Part shown: one piece after another, positions 52,960-64,000 of the stretch | Numbering within the stretch: position 1 is the stretch's first letter | How the letters are laid out: each line of letters starts with the position of its first letter | NCBI GenBank assembly: GCA_036172245.1 | Contig: JAYWIR010000015.1 | Span: forward strand, 4,030,001 to 4,094,000 | Reading direction: 5' to 3' | From: Raillietiella orientalis | Taxonomy: Eukaryota | DNA: 64,000 nucleotides | Made by a program: the position numbers and the translations under genes | Notes under the pieces: model-generated | Seen by the model: only the letters and a program-made list of their open reading frames with translations | What the model was told of the DNA's origin: nothing | The model's database searches: none

Positions 52960-53677
52960 TAATTCTTCAAGATAGGGGTTACCCCAGGAGGGATCCGCTC
53001 TATGAATCCAGGAAGGACTCGGAGTCCGTTGCTCTCACTCCCGGGGAGGGATCCCCGGAAATGGAGATCACCTCCACCATGGTTTTCTCCGAAGAGAAAT
53101 CCAGAAGAGAATCTCCTTCCTTATTCTCTCCGGAGGACCCCCGGAGGGTCTGCTCCATTCTTTCTTCTCGGAACCCGAAAAGGATCCGATCCTGGAATTT
53201 CTTCTCCGGAGGGATCCCCCCGCAAGGGATCTGCTCCTGTTTTTACTCCTCTGAAGAGAACCCCGAAGGGATGCTTCCGAAATTCAGAAGGGCACAGCTT
53301 CCCCGAAGAAATCGGCTCGCTTCTCTGCACTCTCTCTGGAGAGGTGGTGGCGACACACCTACTCCATCAGTACGACGCGGAGGGGTCCTCCCCTGAATAG
53401 GAGGTACGCTTCTTCACAACCGAAAGGGAACTCTCACTCTTTGATTCCTGGAAGGACCCAGAGGTCTACTCCCATTTGTCCCGGCCCTCATCGGAGGCAT
53501 CCGGTTTCAACCGCTACCAATGCCGCACCCTGATGAATCAAAGTAGGCGTCATCTTGTGGGGTGAACTCTGAACCCACGACGCAGTGAGTCGATTCCTTT
53601 AGGAGTATTCGAACCCACGACATATGGTGGCACGCGCAAAGACCACCGTAAGCACACGGCCCCCTACGCGGGCACCT
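52960..53677 (-). mobile_element. Full-length SINE-like copy, reverse orientation
   Basis: The reverse complement starts aggtgcccgcgt, has gtgggttcgaatactc and the same ordered tail units, and ends cccctatcttgaagaa. Confidence 0.82.
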
Positions 53678-55064
53678 CTAACACTGTGTCGGATGCTGGA
53701 TGTCTTCAACTTGCCTGCTGGCCTCACTTGTGGCTTTAAAAGCTAAACCATTTGTTGTTTATTGCAATTAATAATTCAGCCATTATATGCTGTCTGCAGA
53801 GACAACAAAATATCCAAACTGGAAGCTTCGAGGATTGCTTCCCTTCGTGATAATAAGTATCATTGCAAGTACAGGGAAGAACAGAGAAGAATTGTGACTT
53901 TATGAAAGACAATCGTAAGACCGTAGAGAATGACCGTGAATATCGTATAAATTTCGTTAACTCAAGAGGCGAAGCGTGCTATATTATTAGCAAAATTGCA
54001 GTAGTAAGGGTGAAACGAGGTATGCCGATACTTTGTTAAAGATGGGTTCGCTGGAAGTGAATAGCAACGGTGGTAATCTCGGGGAAAGTCAACAGTAAGA
54101 AGTGTTTGGGGAAATTGGGTTTAGGTCCCGGAGAACAGGATGCTAAAGTGTAAGAGGATTTTTCAAGCTTAGCTGCTGTTGAACCAACTAAACAAGGCCA
54201 TGAAAAAAGAGGGAAAAGAGGCGGCGAGACAGTAGGTAAGGGGCACTGTCCAAGTTATACATAGTTACAGAATGAGCAGCAACAAAGAGCTTATTGCGGA
54301 TGCTGTGGAGCCTTGGATGCAGTGAAGGAATTCTCTTGGAAGGACTTTTGTGAAAGCTAATTAAAGTTAAGTTTTAAAAAACATGCGCGTATAATAGCGT
54401 TTACATGTGCTTATGAGCACGGGGTAGTAAAATTCTTGGCGCAGCAACAACACGTAGCCCTTTGAGGATCTGGTAAAAAAACACGAAATAAAGTGGCATT
54501 TGTTCCTTTCTTTCTTTAGCATTCCTTTGCTGATTCTGCAAATTTTTCACCCAGAAATTTTTGATTTTGAGGCCTCGCTATTTCACTTGCGTGTTCCACG
54601 GCTCCCTTCTATATTATTGTCCGTCTGCTTCGTCTGCAATAAAAATTGGCGTTCGATTTTCAAGTTGCTGCTGTATCTTCTGAACTTCATTTCCTTTTTC
54701 GCTTTTAAGATACTGACATTTTTTACTGCACTATCACTGTGCCGCTGTCTTAGTTGCTTATGACCCCTTTCACTTTCTCATCGTCCTACTTGCGGAGCAT
54801 GGATGCTCCCGCCATTTTCTCCAGTTATCCTTCATGTACTGGACCCTTATCAGAGATATTTTGGTACTCTCTCAGGTTCTGCGGTTTCTTCTCATCCCAT
54901 ACTCTGAAGCGAAGACATCATTTCTGTTGAGAAACCCAACTATGAGTGAGGCCCTATTGAACGTGCATGAATTCTAATATCAACCAATTAAAACTCTGCT
55001 TGAATCCTGCTGGGAAACCATCATCCAAGTCTAAACACTTCTTAGCGAGAATGCTGCGAGGAAA

Positions 55065-55203
55065 ACGCATTGGGGACCGTGTCAAGCGTTGTAGGTTTGA
55101 ATCCCCACGTGGAGGATCGACGCAGAGAGATGGGTGAGCCGTAGGTTTTGAGTCCCTCCCGCAGGACGACGCTGGTTGGTCGGCTTCGGGTGCGACACTG
55201 GTT
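55065..55203 (+). mobile_element. SINE-like head (left half of a LINE-interrupted copy)
   Basis: ggtttgaatcccc...gatcgacgc...gagtccctcccgcaggacgacgctggttgg...gggtgcgacactggt. Confidence 0.75.
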
Positions 55204-55205
55204 GA

Positions 55206-56280
55206 CATCCGGTCACGCCGAGGAGTTTATTTATACAAAATAAATGCCTGTGGCAGGGCGTTTAATCCTGCCACGTTACTTATAACTACGAGAAGGAACC
55301 TGCCGGGAACTGGCACGCAGGTCACAGGAGTTCGCCCTGGCAGCATAGGAGAAAGGGAGGTAAACAAAAAGAACAAAACTAAAACCAAAAACATACAGTC
55401 AGAAAATAGAAGGGGGGTTCGGGAAAGGATCCCTGTGTGCTGGAGGGTGTCTTCTGCATCCTTGTAAGGATGCCGGCAAGTTCCTGTTCCAAGACTCCCA
55501 GATGGGGCCATCTTGACGCCATCCTCATGAAGAGGACAACAAAATAGATGGTATCCCTGTCGTACTGGCCTTCTCTGGAGTTGCTCCATGCAGCCACGAT
55601 CCCACCGTGTGGGCACCAAAGTGCTGCTAGGGATGCGACCGGCGTGAGGGAGTCGCGCTGGAACAGGCGCTGTCCAACGTCTCTGGCGTTGCCGCCGTGG
55701 GTTCCAAAGGTCGCGGCAAGCATTTCCAAAGGGGTCGGAGGACAACACAGTCCATTAGAAGGTGCAGTAAGGATTCCCGCTCCCCGCACCTTGCACAGTT
55801 TGGGTCCACCCCTCACCCCCGTGTCTAATGATTCCGGCGAGCGTTGCACGGGAAGTCCCAGTGCAGCAGCATCAATGCCGACTTCTGCCACTTCGAGGGA
55901 AGGATGCGGGTGTTCGTGAATATTGCAGACCACTGAAGGTCTTTTTCCGGAATACCCAGTAGCACGCTTCAGCGCAAAAGTCCAGGAGGTCGAGCAATCG
56001 GGGTCGCAGCGTCGGTGAGCTGGCCCGTCGCCCACTCGCCCAGTCCTTTCCTCCCTTCCGGAGATTTCCACAGGAACCTCCCATCTAGCCGTAAGGCTAC
56101 TGTCCATGTGTTCCCTGAGGGAGGACAGGGAGGAAAGGGTGGCAAGGAATGTCCTTCTTGCCCATGCACTATTCACGGGATCTTCCAGGATCTCCCGATC
56201 ATGCAGTTGTTGTTACGCGCGTACAGGAAACGTCGCACTTGTTCCGCGCTTGGCTCCTGCATCCTCGCCAACGTGCAAAC
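55206..56280 (-). mobile_element. Tx1/L1-clade LINE family A, 5'-truncated copy
   Basis: zf-RVT CARCGERESLLHLLMDC. Upstream peptides WARRTFLATL and RWEVPVEISG align with family B (WARNTSIAATL, RWEVSCVIAG). Confidence 0.88.
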
Positions 56281-56505
56281 GGGTAGGGCGCTGGTGAAAG
56301 CCGGAAACCCGGGTGCCCTCCTTGACTCTCTGGGATTGGAAATTGACTTTCCGGATTCCTTCCAGGAATCAAGGAGCACTTCGGGGTTCCCCTCCGGTTG
56401 TGAAAATGGAGCTGCCCTCCCTTCAGGGGTCAATCCTCCATCGCGTACCGTGGAGCTGGTTGATGCCCTCTTCCGGGAAGTTACCTCTGCAGAGTGTGAG
56501 AAGCG
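56281..56505 (+). mobile_element. SINE-like body (right half of the interrupted copy)
   Basis: gggtagggcgctggt...aaacccgggtgccc...gggattggaaattgac...ccttccaggaatcaaggag...aatcctcc...gagctggt is collinear with 50193-50385. Confidence 0.75.
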
Positions 56506-56544
56506 CTCTAAAGGATGAATTTCGCAGAACCGTCTCGATGACTT

Positions 56545-57950
56545 CCTAGTGATTAGACAGTTCCTCAAACCAGGCGGACATGAAGACGATAGCCTCCCTG
56601 GAACTTCCTCGGAGGATTCTCAATTTTCACGGCAAGCCACGGTAGAAGGCAGTGATCTGACAGCAAAATTTTCTTGCCTTGGGACTACTGTGTGCGGTTC
56701 CGATCTCCTTGCTGTGGAGGAAGTGATCCATTAACTTGTGGCTCGCTGCCATTCGCAGCAATCGGAGTTCCTCAGGCAGCTGCCGATACACCGTCCTTCC
56801 TTGGGCGCCGCCCTTTCTAGGGCATGATGTTTCCCAGCAGCTGCAACCAGCCACCTACAACGATGACATGTCTTTGGGTAATACTTTGCTGCGCCTCACA
56901 CCTGTGCTTTCCTTCGTAAGGTTCGCACATGTTCACCAGGAATAGGAAGTCCTTTCCGGGCATGCGAATGCTGATGATGCGGCTGGATCACGGAGAGAAC
57001 GTCTCTAGTATGATGTGTTCAGTCTTGCTCTTCCAGAGAAATCTTCATCCCTTTTCTCTGTTTTCACACCCACTGGCGAGCAGCTGGGTGTCCAGTCGTC
57101 GCTCGAGTTTCGATCCAATCTTGCGACCCATATCGCAGGTTTCTTGCAGACACCCGCTGAGGTCACACTCCATGGTCCGCGTGATGCTCCTCCTTTTATC
57201 TTGATTTCACAATCCGTTGATGTTCCAGGAAGCGATTTTCACGTTCCTGACTGTCGACAGTAGAGAGGTCACTGGGATTTATCTGAGTACCTAGTCTTCT
57301 TGCACCTCGAGCCGGACTGCTCATCCAAAGCCTCGAGGCCAGCGAGGGCGAGGCTAATTCCGGAGTCTTCCGCCGCCCAGACTAGCCAGACGCGCGGTTT
57401 CGGAAGCAAACCGACGTCAAGTTTCCCTCTAGAAGTATCCACCGCTGCGACCGGACGCCAGTCTCCCAGGATGCGCTGATCTCCTCCCTTCGAGAGCGAA
57501 CGAGCCCTCGCTGATCGGGAAGGATGCAGGCACGTCGCCCGTGCTCCCGATCAGTTCCGTGGGCTGCAGCACAAGGGGACCCAGTAGCCCCTGCGAGGCT
57601 CTGATGAGGCTCCGCTTTCCTGGTGTCTTTTCGCCTCTTGGGACTCGCGACACCATCCGGAATTCCTGCCGTCGCGGAAGGCTCGTCGATGATTGGTGTT
57701 GCTCCTCCTGCATGGTGTGAGCGTCTTCCGGCAGGAATCGCTGTGCGGAGTCTCGCTCCACGGGTTTGCGCGCATACAGGAAAGAGAAGCTCTTTTGTGC
57801 GGAGGCACATCTCCGCTCATGTGCAAAGGCTCGTCTAGCAGGCACGGTGCTCTGGAATGCCAAGTTTCCCTCTAGAAGTGTAGATGGTACCCCTCGAAAC
57901 GGTTCCAATCCCGGATGGCAAGGCTGCTCAGGAAACTGCAGAAGATCTCT
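56545..57950 (-). mobile_element. Tx1/L1-like ORF1 end plus APE endonuclease relic
   Basis: From ~57245: KIASWNINGL*NQDKRRSI...LQET...RII...FLVN...VIVVGGW...LMDHF...LSNH, a clear EEP endonuclease. Eroded knuckle-like ORF1 sequence lies at ~57750-57900. Confidence 0.75.
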
Positions 57951-58019
57951 CCTTCTCTTCCGATTGGCTCAGACAGTCTCCCGTTGGTTGTCAGCTGGTC
58001 ATCGGGACCCTTTCTAGGT

Positions 58020-60000
58020 GGCAATAGTCCCAGCTCTATCCTGGATTATCGGATAACGTTCCCGTTTGCCCATCCTCCCCTTCATCCGACCCCAGTCACA
58101 GGTGCATGTCCCAAAAAGCACGTGGTCGGCGGATATCGTAATTTGAGGCTCGCGGGTCAGCAAGTCTGTTGTGCTCACGGACGCGCGCAGTTCATTGACC
58201 TGAAGCCCGCTGATTGTGATCCTGAGAGTCATCCGATAGAAGGAGAATGTTAAAGCCTCCCACAAAGAGATGTGAGACCTCAGGATCAGAAGCGGAGGAC
58301 ATTTATGAATCCAGGATGAGCAAGAGCCTCTCGGAGCGTACATATCTCCTACAATCAGGTGGATTGAGTTGGATCACTTGATGGCAATCTGGTTCATCCG
58401 ACCGGAGCAAATACTCACCGCAGCGTCCGAGATCTCGAGCTTTACCAAGATGCGACTGTGCAGGAGCACGCGGAGAATGACTTCTCGTGTAGCGTCTCAC
58501 CCGTGTCCTGCTTTGGCTTTTGTCTCATCCTGCCTGGAGATCTAATAGATCTCTTGCAGGATCGAGGCCAATGATCTGCACCCCGCTGGTGTTCTGAGAG
58601 ATCACACACATGTGGCGAGAGAAGGCAATCGCCCTCTAGAGGGCTGGGGAGGTGAGGTCGGGTTTCCGCCTGTGGGTGGCGTTTCCCAGACTCGCCAACG
58701 TGGCGCACATCCCTGTTCCTTGTTCGCGGACGTGTCCAACTGCTCGTTGGACCACTCCACGGCACGGCGGCGTTCGGCGCAGAGGGCATATCTACGTCTT
58801 GAGCAGGGTAGGGGATGACCTTGGTCGATGTCGATCCGTCTCGTTCTTGCGCCTTCTGCAGGCGCCTCCTTAGCATGAGCTGTCCCTTGCGAGAACGGCC
58901 TCCTACTCTTCGACCTGAGATTCTGCAATCGAGGGCGAGGAATCCGACGTTCTTTGCCTATGCATCACCTCACGCTGGAACGACTTGCTTCTTTGCGTCT
59001 TCCACGATAGCGGAAGATCCCACGGCAGGTTCACACCCCGCGGAAGCTCTTAGAGAAAGTACTTACTATGCCTCTACCTCGGGGAGGTCCCAACACACCC
59101 ATGGTCATCGTTTAGGTTCGCTACCTTACTGGAAAGGAGAGAGGGAGCGTTGTATCTCTCATGCTGGGAAGATTTTCACAGTTCAGCCTTCCTCCTGTTC
59201 TTTTCCTCTCCAGCTTCGTCGACGCCGTCTCCTCTCTTCCTTGCTTCCTCTGCCTGTTGCTTGGGGTGTCGATTGGTGATGCTCACGACTGCAGTTGCAG
59301 GTACCTCTGCTGCTATGCACCTCTATCCTTGTTTTCTATATAGTTTTTTTTCTGCATTTTTTCCGCTTGCTGTGCGTGTGGATTTGATGTGGCCCTTCCG
59401 GTTATATTTCCGAGACGGGATGAAGGGTTTGAGGTGTTCCACATTCCCCAAGTGGCCGCACACCTTTTTCTTTTCCTCACCACAGGGAGAGGGGACGGAG
59501 ACGCCATCCACCCTTAATTCGTATGGAATCGTTTTCCTGTCGCGCACCCCAACCTGCGCTTCTGGGCCCCATCACTGGGTGCCGCTTGCACCAGAAGGCC
59601 TACTCCTCTAGGGGAATCGCGATTTGCACGTCCGCAACATGAATCAGGGAAGGGTTGCGCCCACCCAGGACTTCCTGGTACGCAGCAGGAGCTGTGTTTT
59701 CTGGAGTCCTTTCGTGCACTGCTCCCGCTCGCAGGCATGAGGGAGACAAGGTCTTCTCTTCCATCCACATGGATACGTTCGCTTCCGAGCTCCCTCAGCG
59801 TTTCTTTAGCATTCACACGATTGACCCGATGGTGGAAGGTGGGCCTGTGGCTGTTCGCTACCATGCCCGTAGCTCCGCCGACGCGGTGAGCAGGATAAGT
59901 GCTGGGTAAGTGCTGGTGCCACCACATTCGGTCCCCACTTTAGTGACCTCCGTTCCACGGCCCGGTCCTGTGACGTCTTCCAGACTGCTCGGGAGAAGTG
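58020..60000 (-). mobile_element. Second Tx1/L1-like ORF1 plus endonuclease relic
   Basis: ORF1-like KTIPYELRVDGV...KVCGHLGNVEH...KGHIK (59370-59540). Endonuclease-like SLATCV*SLR...QDETK...GRM...VGDMYAP...TFSFYR...SADH (58640-58100). Confidence 0.6.
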
Positions 60001-60787
60001 CTCGTGGCTTTCCTTGAGAGGGACGTCATCGGTCCACGCTGCACTGAATTAAGTGCCCGAGAAACTCAAGCCTCCGATGCACCCTCTCATTGGGGAGGGT
60101 GGTTCTCCGAAAGAAGGTTAGCGACTCAAAAGAGCGCAAACTCCCTTCCCCCCCTTCCCCCTTACTCCTCACCTCCCCGAGTCCGTTAACTCGGTCCCTG
60201 ACCGAAGGACGCCGAAAAATGTGATCGCTGTCTTAACGAAAACCTTGCGCTAACCCTGAACCGAAGAAGCGACGAGAAGACGCGAGCAGCCGTTTCTGGA
60301 GAAGGGCTCGTCTGCAACAGGTTCCGAAGAGTGAAGAGTTGTTTTCTGTTTCTTTCTGTCACAGAAATATCAGTTTGAAACATCTTGAGAGTGCGCTTTA
60401 GGTGTTACAATTTCCAGGCATCTTTGGAGACAAACATTTCTTCAGATTCCTTTAGCTTCCCTCTGGTTTCCCTGAATATTATCGCTAATCCTGAGGACTC
60501 CGCGAGGTCTCTTCTCTCGCTCAGCAAATTGCTTACTTCTCACGGAACGGTTGTGTATGTGCGTCCTGGTGGGAAGAGTGGGACCGTAGTTTACTTAAGA
60601 GAATCATTTCAGGAAGTTGTCAGCAGAACAATGATCTGTAGTCAGTAATCTTGGGCTGAAGGCTTACGAAGAAGGTTCAGCAAGTGGAGGAACTTTTCAG
60701 ATAACTGGCTATTCACTGTCTTCATACGTTGCTTTGAATGCAAACAGCATTCTTAAGCCACGGAAACACCCTCGGTTCCTTTATTTT

Positions 60788-61950
60788 CACCCGGTCACGC
60801 CGGAGCGTTTATTTCAAAAAAATATCTGCAAGAAAAAGTCATATAAAATAGAAAAGAACATCTTCCTTCGTAGTGACTCCACATCACCATCACGAAAGGA
60901 AATGCCTCGGAGGAGCTGCTTCTCGTGAACTTCTCCCCGATAAGGTCCCCACAGAAGGAGTGGGGGAAGGGGTAAACAAAAACAAAAAAAACACAAAAGT
61001 TCAGTTTAAAAGTTTGTTTGTTTTTTTCTGAGGGTGGGGAGAATGGATTACAAATTTCTTCTTGAAGTCCTCAGCATCCTTTGGAGGATGGTGGCAACAT
61101 CCCCCAGAGGATGCTGGCATCCTCTGGCAGAGATGTGTTCATCGTGTCGCCTTCCTCATGAAGGAGCAGACAAATGAGATGACCTCATCATTCGGATGGC
61201 CTCTTTCGGTGTGGCTTCTTGGTGCCACGATCCCACGAAGGCAGCATAGCGCTGCAAGGGAAGAAGCTGCAGACGACATCGAATCGCGCGTGGAGAGGTC
61301 ATCACATGACCTCTCTGCCGTTGCCCATCGGTAGTGGGAGAACCGCAGCGAAGCGTTCCCAAACACTCCGGAGGGCAACAAAATATAACAGGTGCGGGAA
61401 GGTTTCCCGTTCCCCACACCTGGAGCAGAATGGGACTACACTCCCCCCTGTCCGGTGGTGGACTCGTGCGTTGCATGGGATCGCCCAGTGCAACAACTGC
61501 AATGTCGATTCCTGCCACTTCAGGGGAAGAGTGGAGCTGTCCACAAACACTGAGGGAATTTCCGCTTCTTCAGGAGGAATATCCAAGAGGAAGAGGAATA
61601 CCCAGCGACGATTTCCTTCCTGGAGGGCGACGGGGGGGGCATGCATCAGCCAGTTGATGCGCCTTCCAGCATTCCAGCTGTTCCTTTTTCCCGCGATCAC
61701 GCAGGATACTTCCCATCTCTCAAGGCCATCGCTACTTCCACTTTGTTGGATCGTGTTGAGCGTCGCTGCAATTGAAGTGTTCCGCGCCCAAGTGGTCTCC
61801 CTGGGGCAGCCCATGATTTCCTGCAACGAACAGCGAGCGTTGCTCGAGGATCGCAGTGCCTCGATTCCTTTCAAAACCCAGTCGGAGGGGCAGCTTTGCA
61901 GTCTCCGACAGCAGATGTTTGGCTTGGAGATGCACCTCGACATCCTGGAT
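60788..61950 (-). mobile_element. Tx1/L1-clade LINE family B, 3' fragment
   Basis: ORF 61302-61943 encodes KWQESTLQLLHWAIPCNARVHH...CSRCGERETFPHLL. Homologous to but clearly diverged from family A, with the same terminal 20-mer. Confidence 0.85.
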
Positions 61951-62059
61951 GTACAAACAAGTAAAAAGTATCGATCACTCTTGCTTTCCTTCTCCCTTCT
62001 TTAGATGATTGATGAACTTGCAGCATCCCCATGTCATTTCACTGTCGACCGTTTCATCA

Positions 62060-62322
62060 CGGGGGCGGCCGTGTGGCTGTGGTCTCCACTCGTGGCACCA
62101 AGCGATGCGGTTTCGAATCCACACTTGGAGGGTCGACGCCGAGAATGGGAGTACGTCGTGGGTTTCGAGTCGCTCCCCCGCAGGACGACGCTGGTCTGTC
62201 TGTAGACTTGGGGGGCAGCACTAGTGGAATGAGAAAACCTTCGTATGACCCTGTTGACTGTCCGGGACTGTCCTTCCGAAAATCAGGAAGCCGGTTTTCC
62301 TCGAGGGTCCCCTCCGGTTGCA
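62060..62322 (+). mobile_element. SINE-like copy (head plus partial body)
   Basis: gtggcacc...ggtttcgaatcc...gtcgacgcc...gtgggtttcgagtc...caggacgacgctggt...tccttccgaaaatcagg...cccctccggttg. Confidence 0.75.
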
Positions 62323-62494
62323 TGAACAAATTTTCTTTCGAAGAATATTTTCTGTAGATGAAGCTCGGAAATACCCTGAAGAGTTTTCTCCTGAGTGGGC
62401 GCAGGCTTCATTAATCTTAAACTTAGCACTTAATGAGAATCACCAGAAGAGAAAGAAAATAACTACGTGGAAAACATATGGCAAGACATTCATT

Positions 62495-62667
62495 GGTGAT
62501 GGATCTAGGTTGTCGACAGTGGTAGCGGAAGCTCGAAGAACTTTTATTAGTTCTTATCGCAAAGTGCTATGCTAAGAGCTCGTGATGAAACTGGGTTCTC
62601 GATAGCAGATGAGAATTCTAGGAAGACTTTCATTAGTTCTTATCTCACATTCCTATGCCTGAAGAGC
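62495..62667 (+). repeat. Diverged ~87-bp tandem duplication
   Basis: Two units, each gtgatg...ct.ggtt.tcga.ag...actt..attagttcttatc.ca...ctatgc..aagagc. Confidence 0.75.
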
Positions 62668-63519
62668 AAAACACATAGTCATTAGATATGGATAGAGGAA
62701 ATGAAACCTCTGATTCGGAATGCTTTAGAAGTGAACGGATCTTTGATCACGGGCTAGTATTAAGTCTGCATAGTGTACATCCAATCCCGTCTGTATAGCT
62801 CCGATGTGGGGTCATATGGCAGGAATTTCGGTGCCCCTTCCTATCAGTAACCTTGCAATTGTGTTTTCACCTCTAGGATTATTGGGTCGGAATTTGTTTT
62901 CCCTCATAACGAATGAATTTCTTCATAAAAGGATGCACCGAATCTTTTGCTTCTCAAGGAAAATGGAATGCACGCATCAGCAGTACTTGCTCAGATGAGC
63001 GGACTTGAAATTTTGTTCGAAACACGATTTCGTGTAGTCCTCTTTCAAAATAATTTGCAGTGCAAATAGTTTAGCAAGGAATCAATTCGAGAGGGAATCC
63101 ATTAGATCGGCTTCTCCGTATTTGCATCCCTGGACAGAGGTTGCAACGAATCACACCTTCGGCTTTATTGATGATTTCGATACGAATGAGAAAAGTGACG
63201 ATCCATAGTATTTGAAATTCCAGTTCCAAAAATTAAGTTTCGATTGCAAAGGTTCGGTACTAGTGTCGCATTCCCTTCTGTTCTGTTTTCTTTCTTGCTT
63301 TCATTCCGATTTTATCTTCTATTTCCACTTTTTATTCCATTCTTATGTTTAAAAATTCAGGTTCTGACTACACTCTTACTGCCCATTCAAAGCTGGAGCA
63401 CTGAGCAAGAGGATCATGACAGGTTCAGCAAAAGCGCTGACCTAAAACTGACATGCAAATTTTGAAATTCAAAGATAATGTATCTTAATTCGTGCCAACA
63501 GTGTATGAGTTCTCTAAAA

Positions 63520-63960
63520 TCGTCTATCAAATAGATTCGGTGAAGAGTTCTCGAAATTGTGTTTTCCAATCTCATGGCACTTAAAAGCAAAGGGAATAGG
63601 AGGAACGCACGAGGTTTGTGTTCTTTGGATAGGAGGAACACGAATCCACTGCATCCGTGTAAATACCATCCGCGAAGATTCTTGGACAAAGATGTATGGG
63701 CTAAACGAAGGAATATTCAGGTATTTCAACCTGACTGATTCGAAACTTCCAGTTCCACTGCTTGCTAGCGAAGAGATACTGAGGGCAGTTTCCGTTTCGC
63801 AGACGTCGAAAGCAACTATTGCCTCAAGGACATCCCACACTTATCGAAGAAGTTTCTTCGAGATACCGCTGTTGAAGTCTTGCCCTTTCCTTAAAATAGG
63901 TATGGGTTCGAAAGACACATTCGGTTGAATCAAAGAGCCAAGAAGAATGCTTTTGATAAC
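63520..63960 (-). pseudogene. Possible decayed leucine-rich-repeat gene fragment
   Basis: LSISSLASSGTGSFESVRLKYLNI, KNLRGWYLHGC and LSAMRLENTISRTL resemble LxxLxLxxNxI repeats, interrupted by stops and frameshifts. Confidence 0.3.
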
Positions 63961-64000
63961 TCCATGTTTCTAAAAGTGGATTTTCGAGGGAAACTGAAAC

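Noticed and set aside
50031..53677. DNA transposon with 710-bp terminal inverted repeats
   Set aside because: No TSD, the arms are substantially diverged, and solo copies of the same repeat occur throughout the window.
56281..56505. Minus-strand peptide VTSRKRASTSSTVRDGGLTP read as the L1 'GGL' motif, implying the SINE body derives from antisense LINE ORF2
   Set aside because: The segment is collinear with intact SINE copies and starts where the left SINE head stops. An interrupted SINE is simpler, although the alternative is not formally excluded.
55206..60200. A single full-length ~5-kb LINE
   Set aside because: It contains two endonuclease domains, a SINE segment and no recognisable RT, so it is a mosaic of several pieces.

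Overview
Eukaryotic, arthropod-like genomic DNA. No prokaryotic operons, rRNA, true tRNA genes or CRISPR arrays were found. One intact-looking spliced gene is present: a two-Ig Dpr/zig-8-like cell-surface protein on the + strand, with four phase-compatible coding exons (15194-15372, 18347-18557, 29563-29856, 41840-41976); its first exon was not located. The rest is mostly decayed mobile elements (L1/Tx1-clade LINE pieces, BEL/Pao and Gypsy relics, possible RLE-LINE and hAT scraps) plus a few decayed host-gene fragments (EGF + C-type lectin, sushi, serpin, LRR). The most unusual signal is a ~710-bp tRNA-related SINE-like family (two B-box-like motifs plus a ~40-bp minisatellite tail, about 9 copies or fragments). 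A Tx1-like LINE abuts two copies in antisense at the same position. Two diverged LINE families end in the same 20-nt hairpin downstream of AATAAA. All family assignments come from motif recognition by eye; no database search was run, and relic boundaries are approximate.
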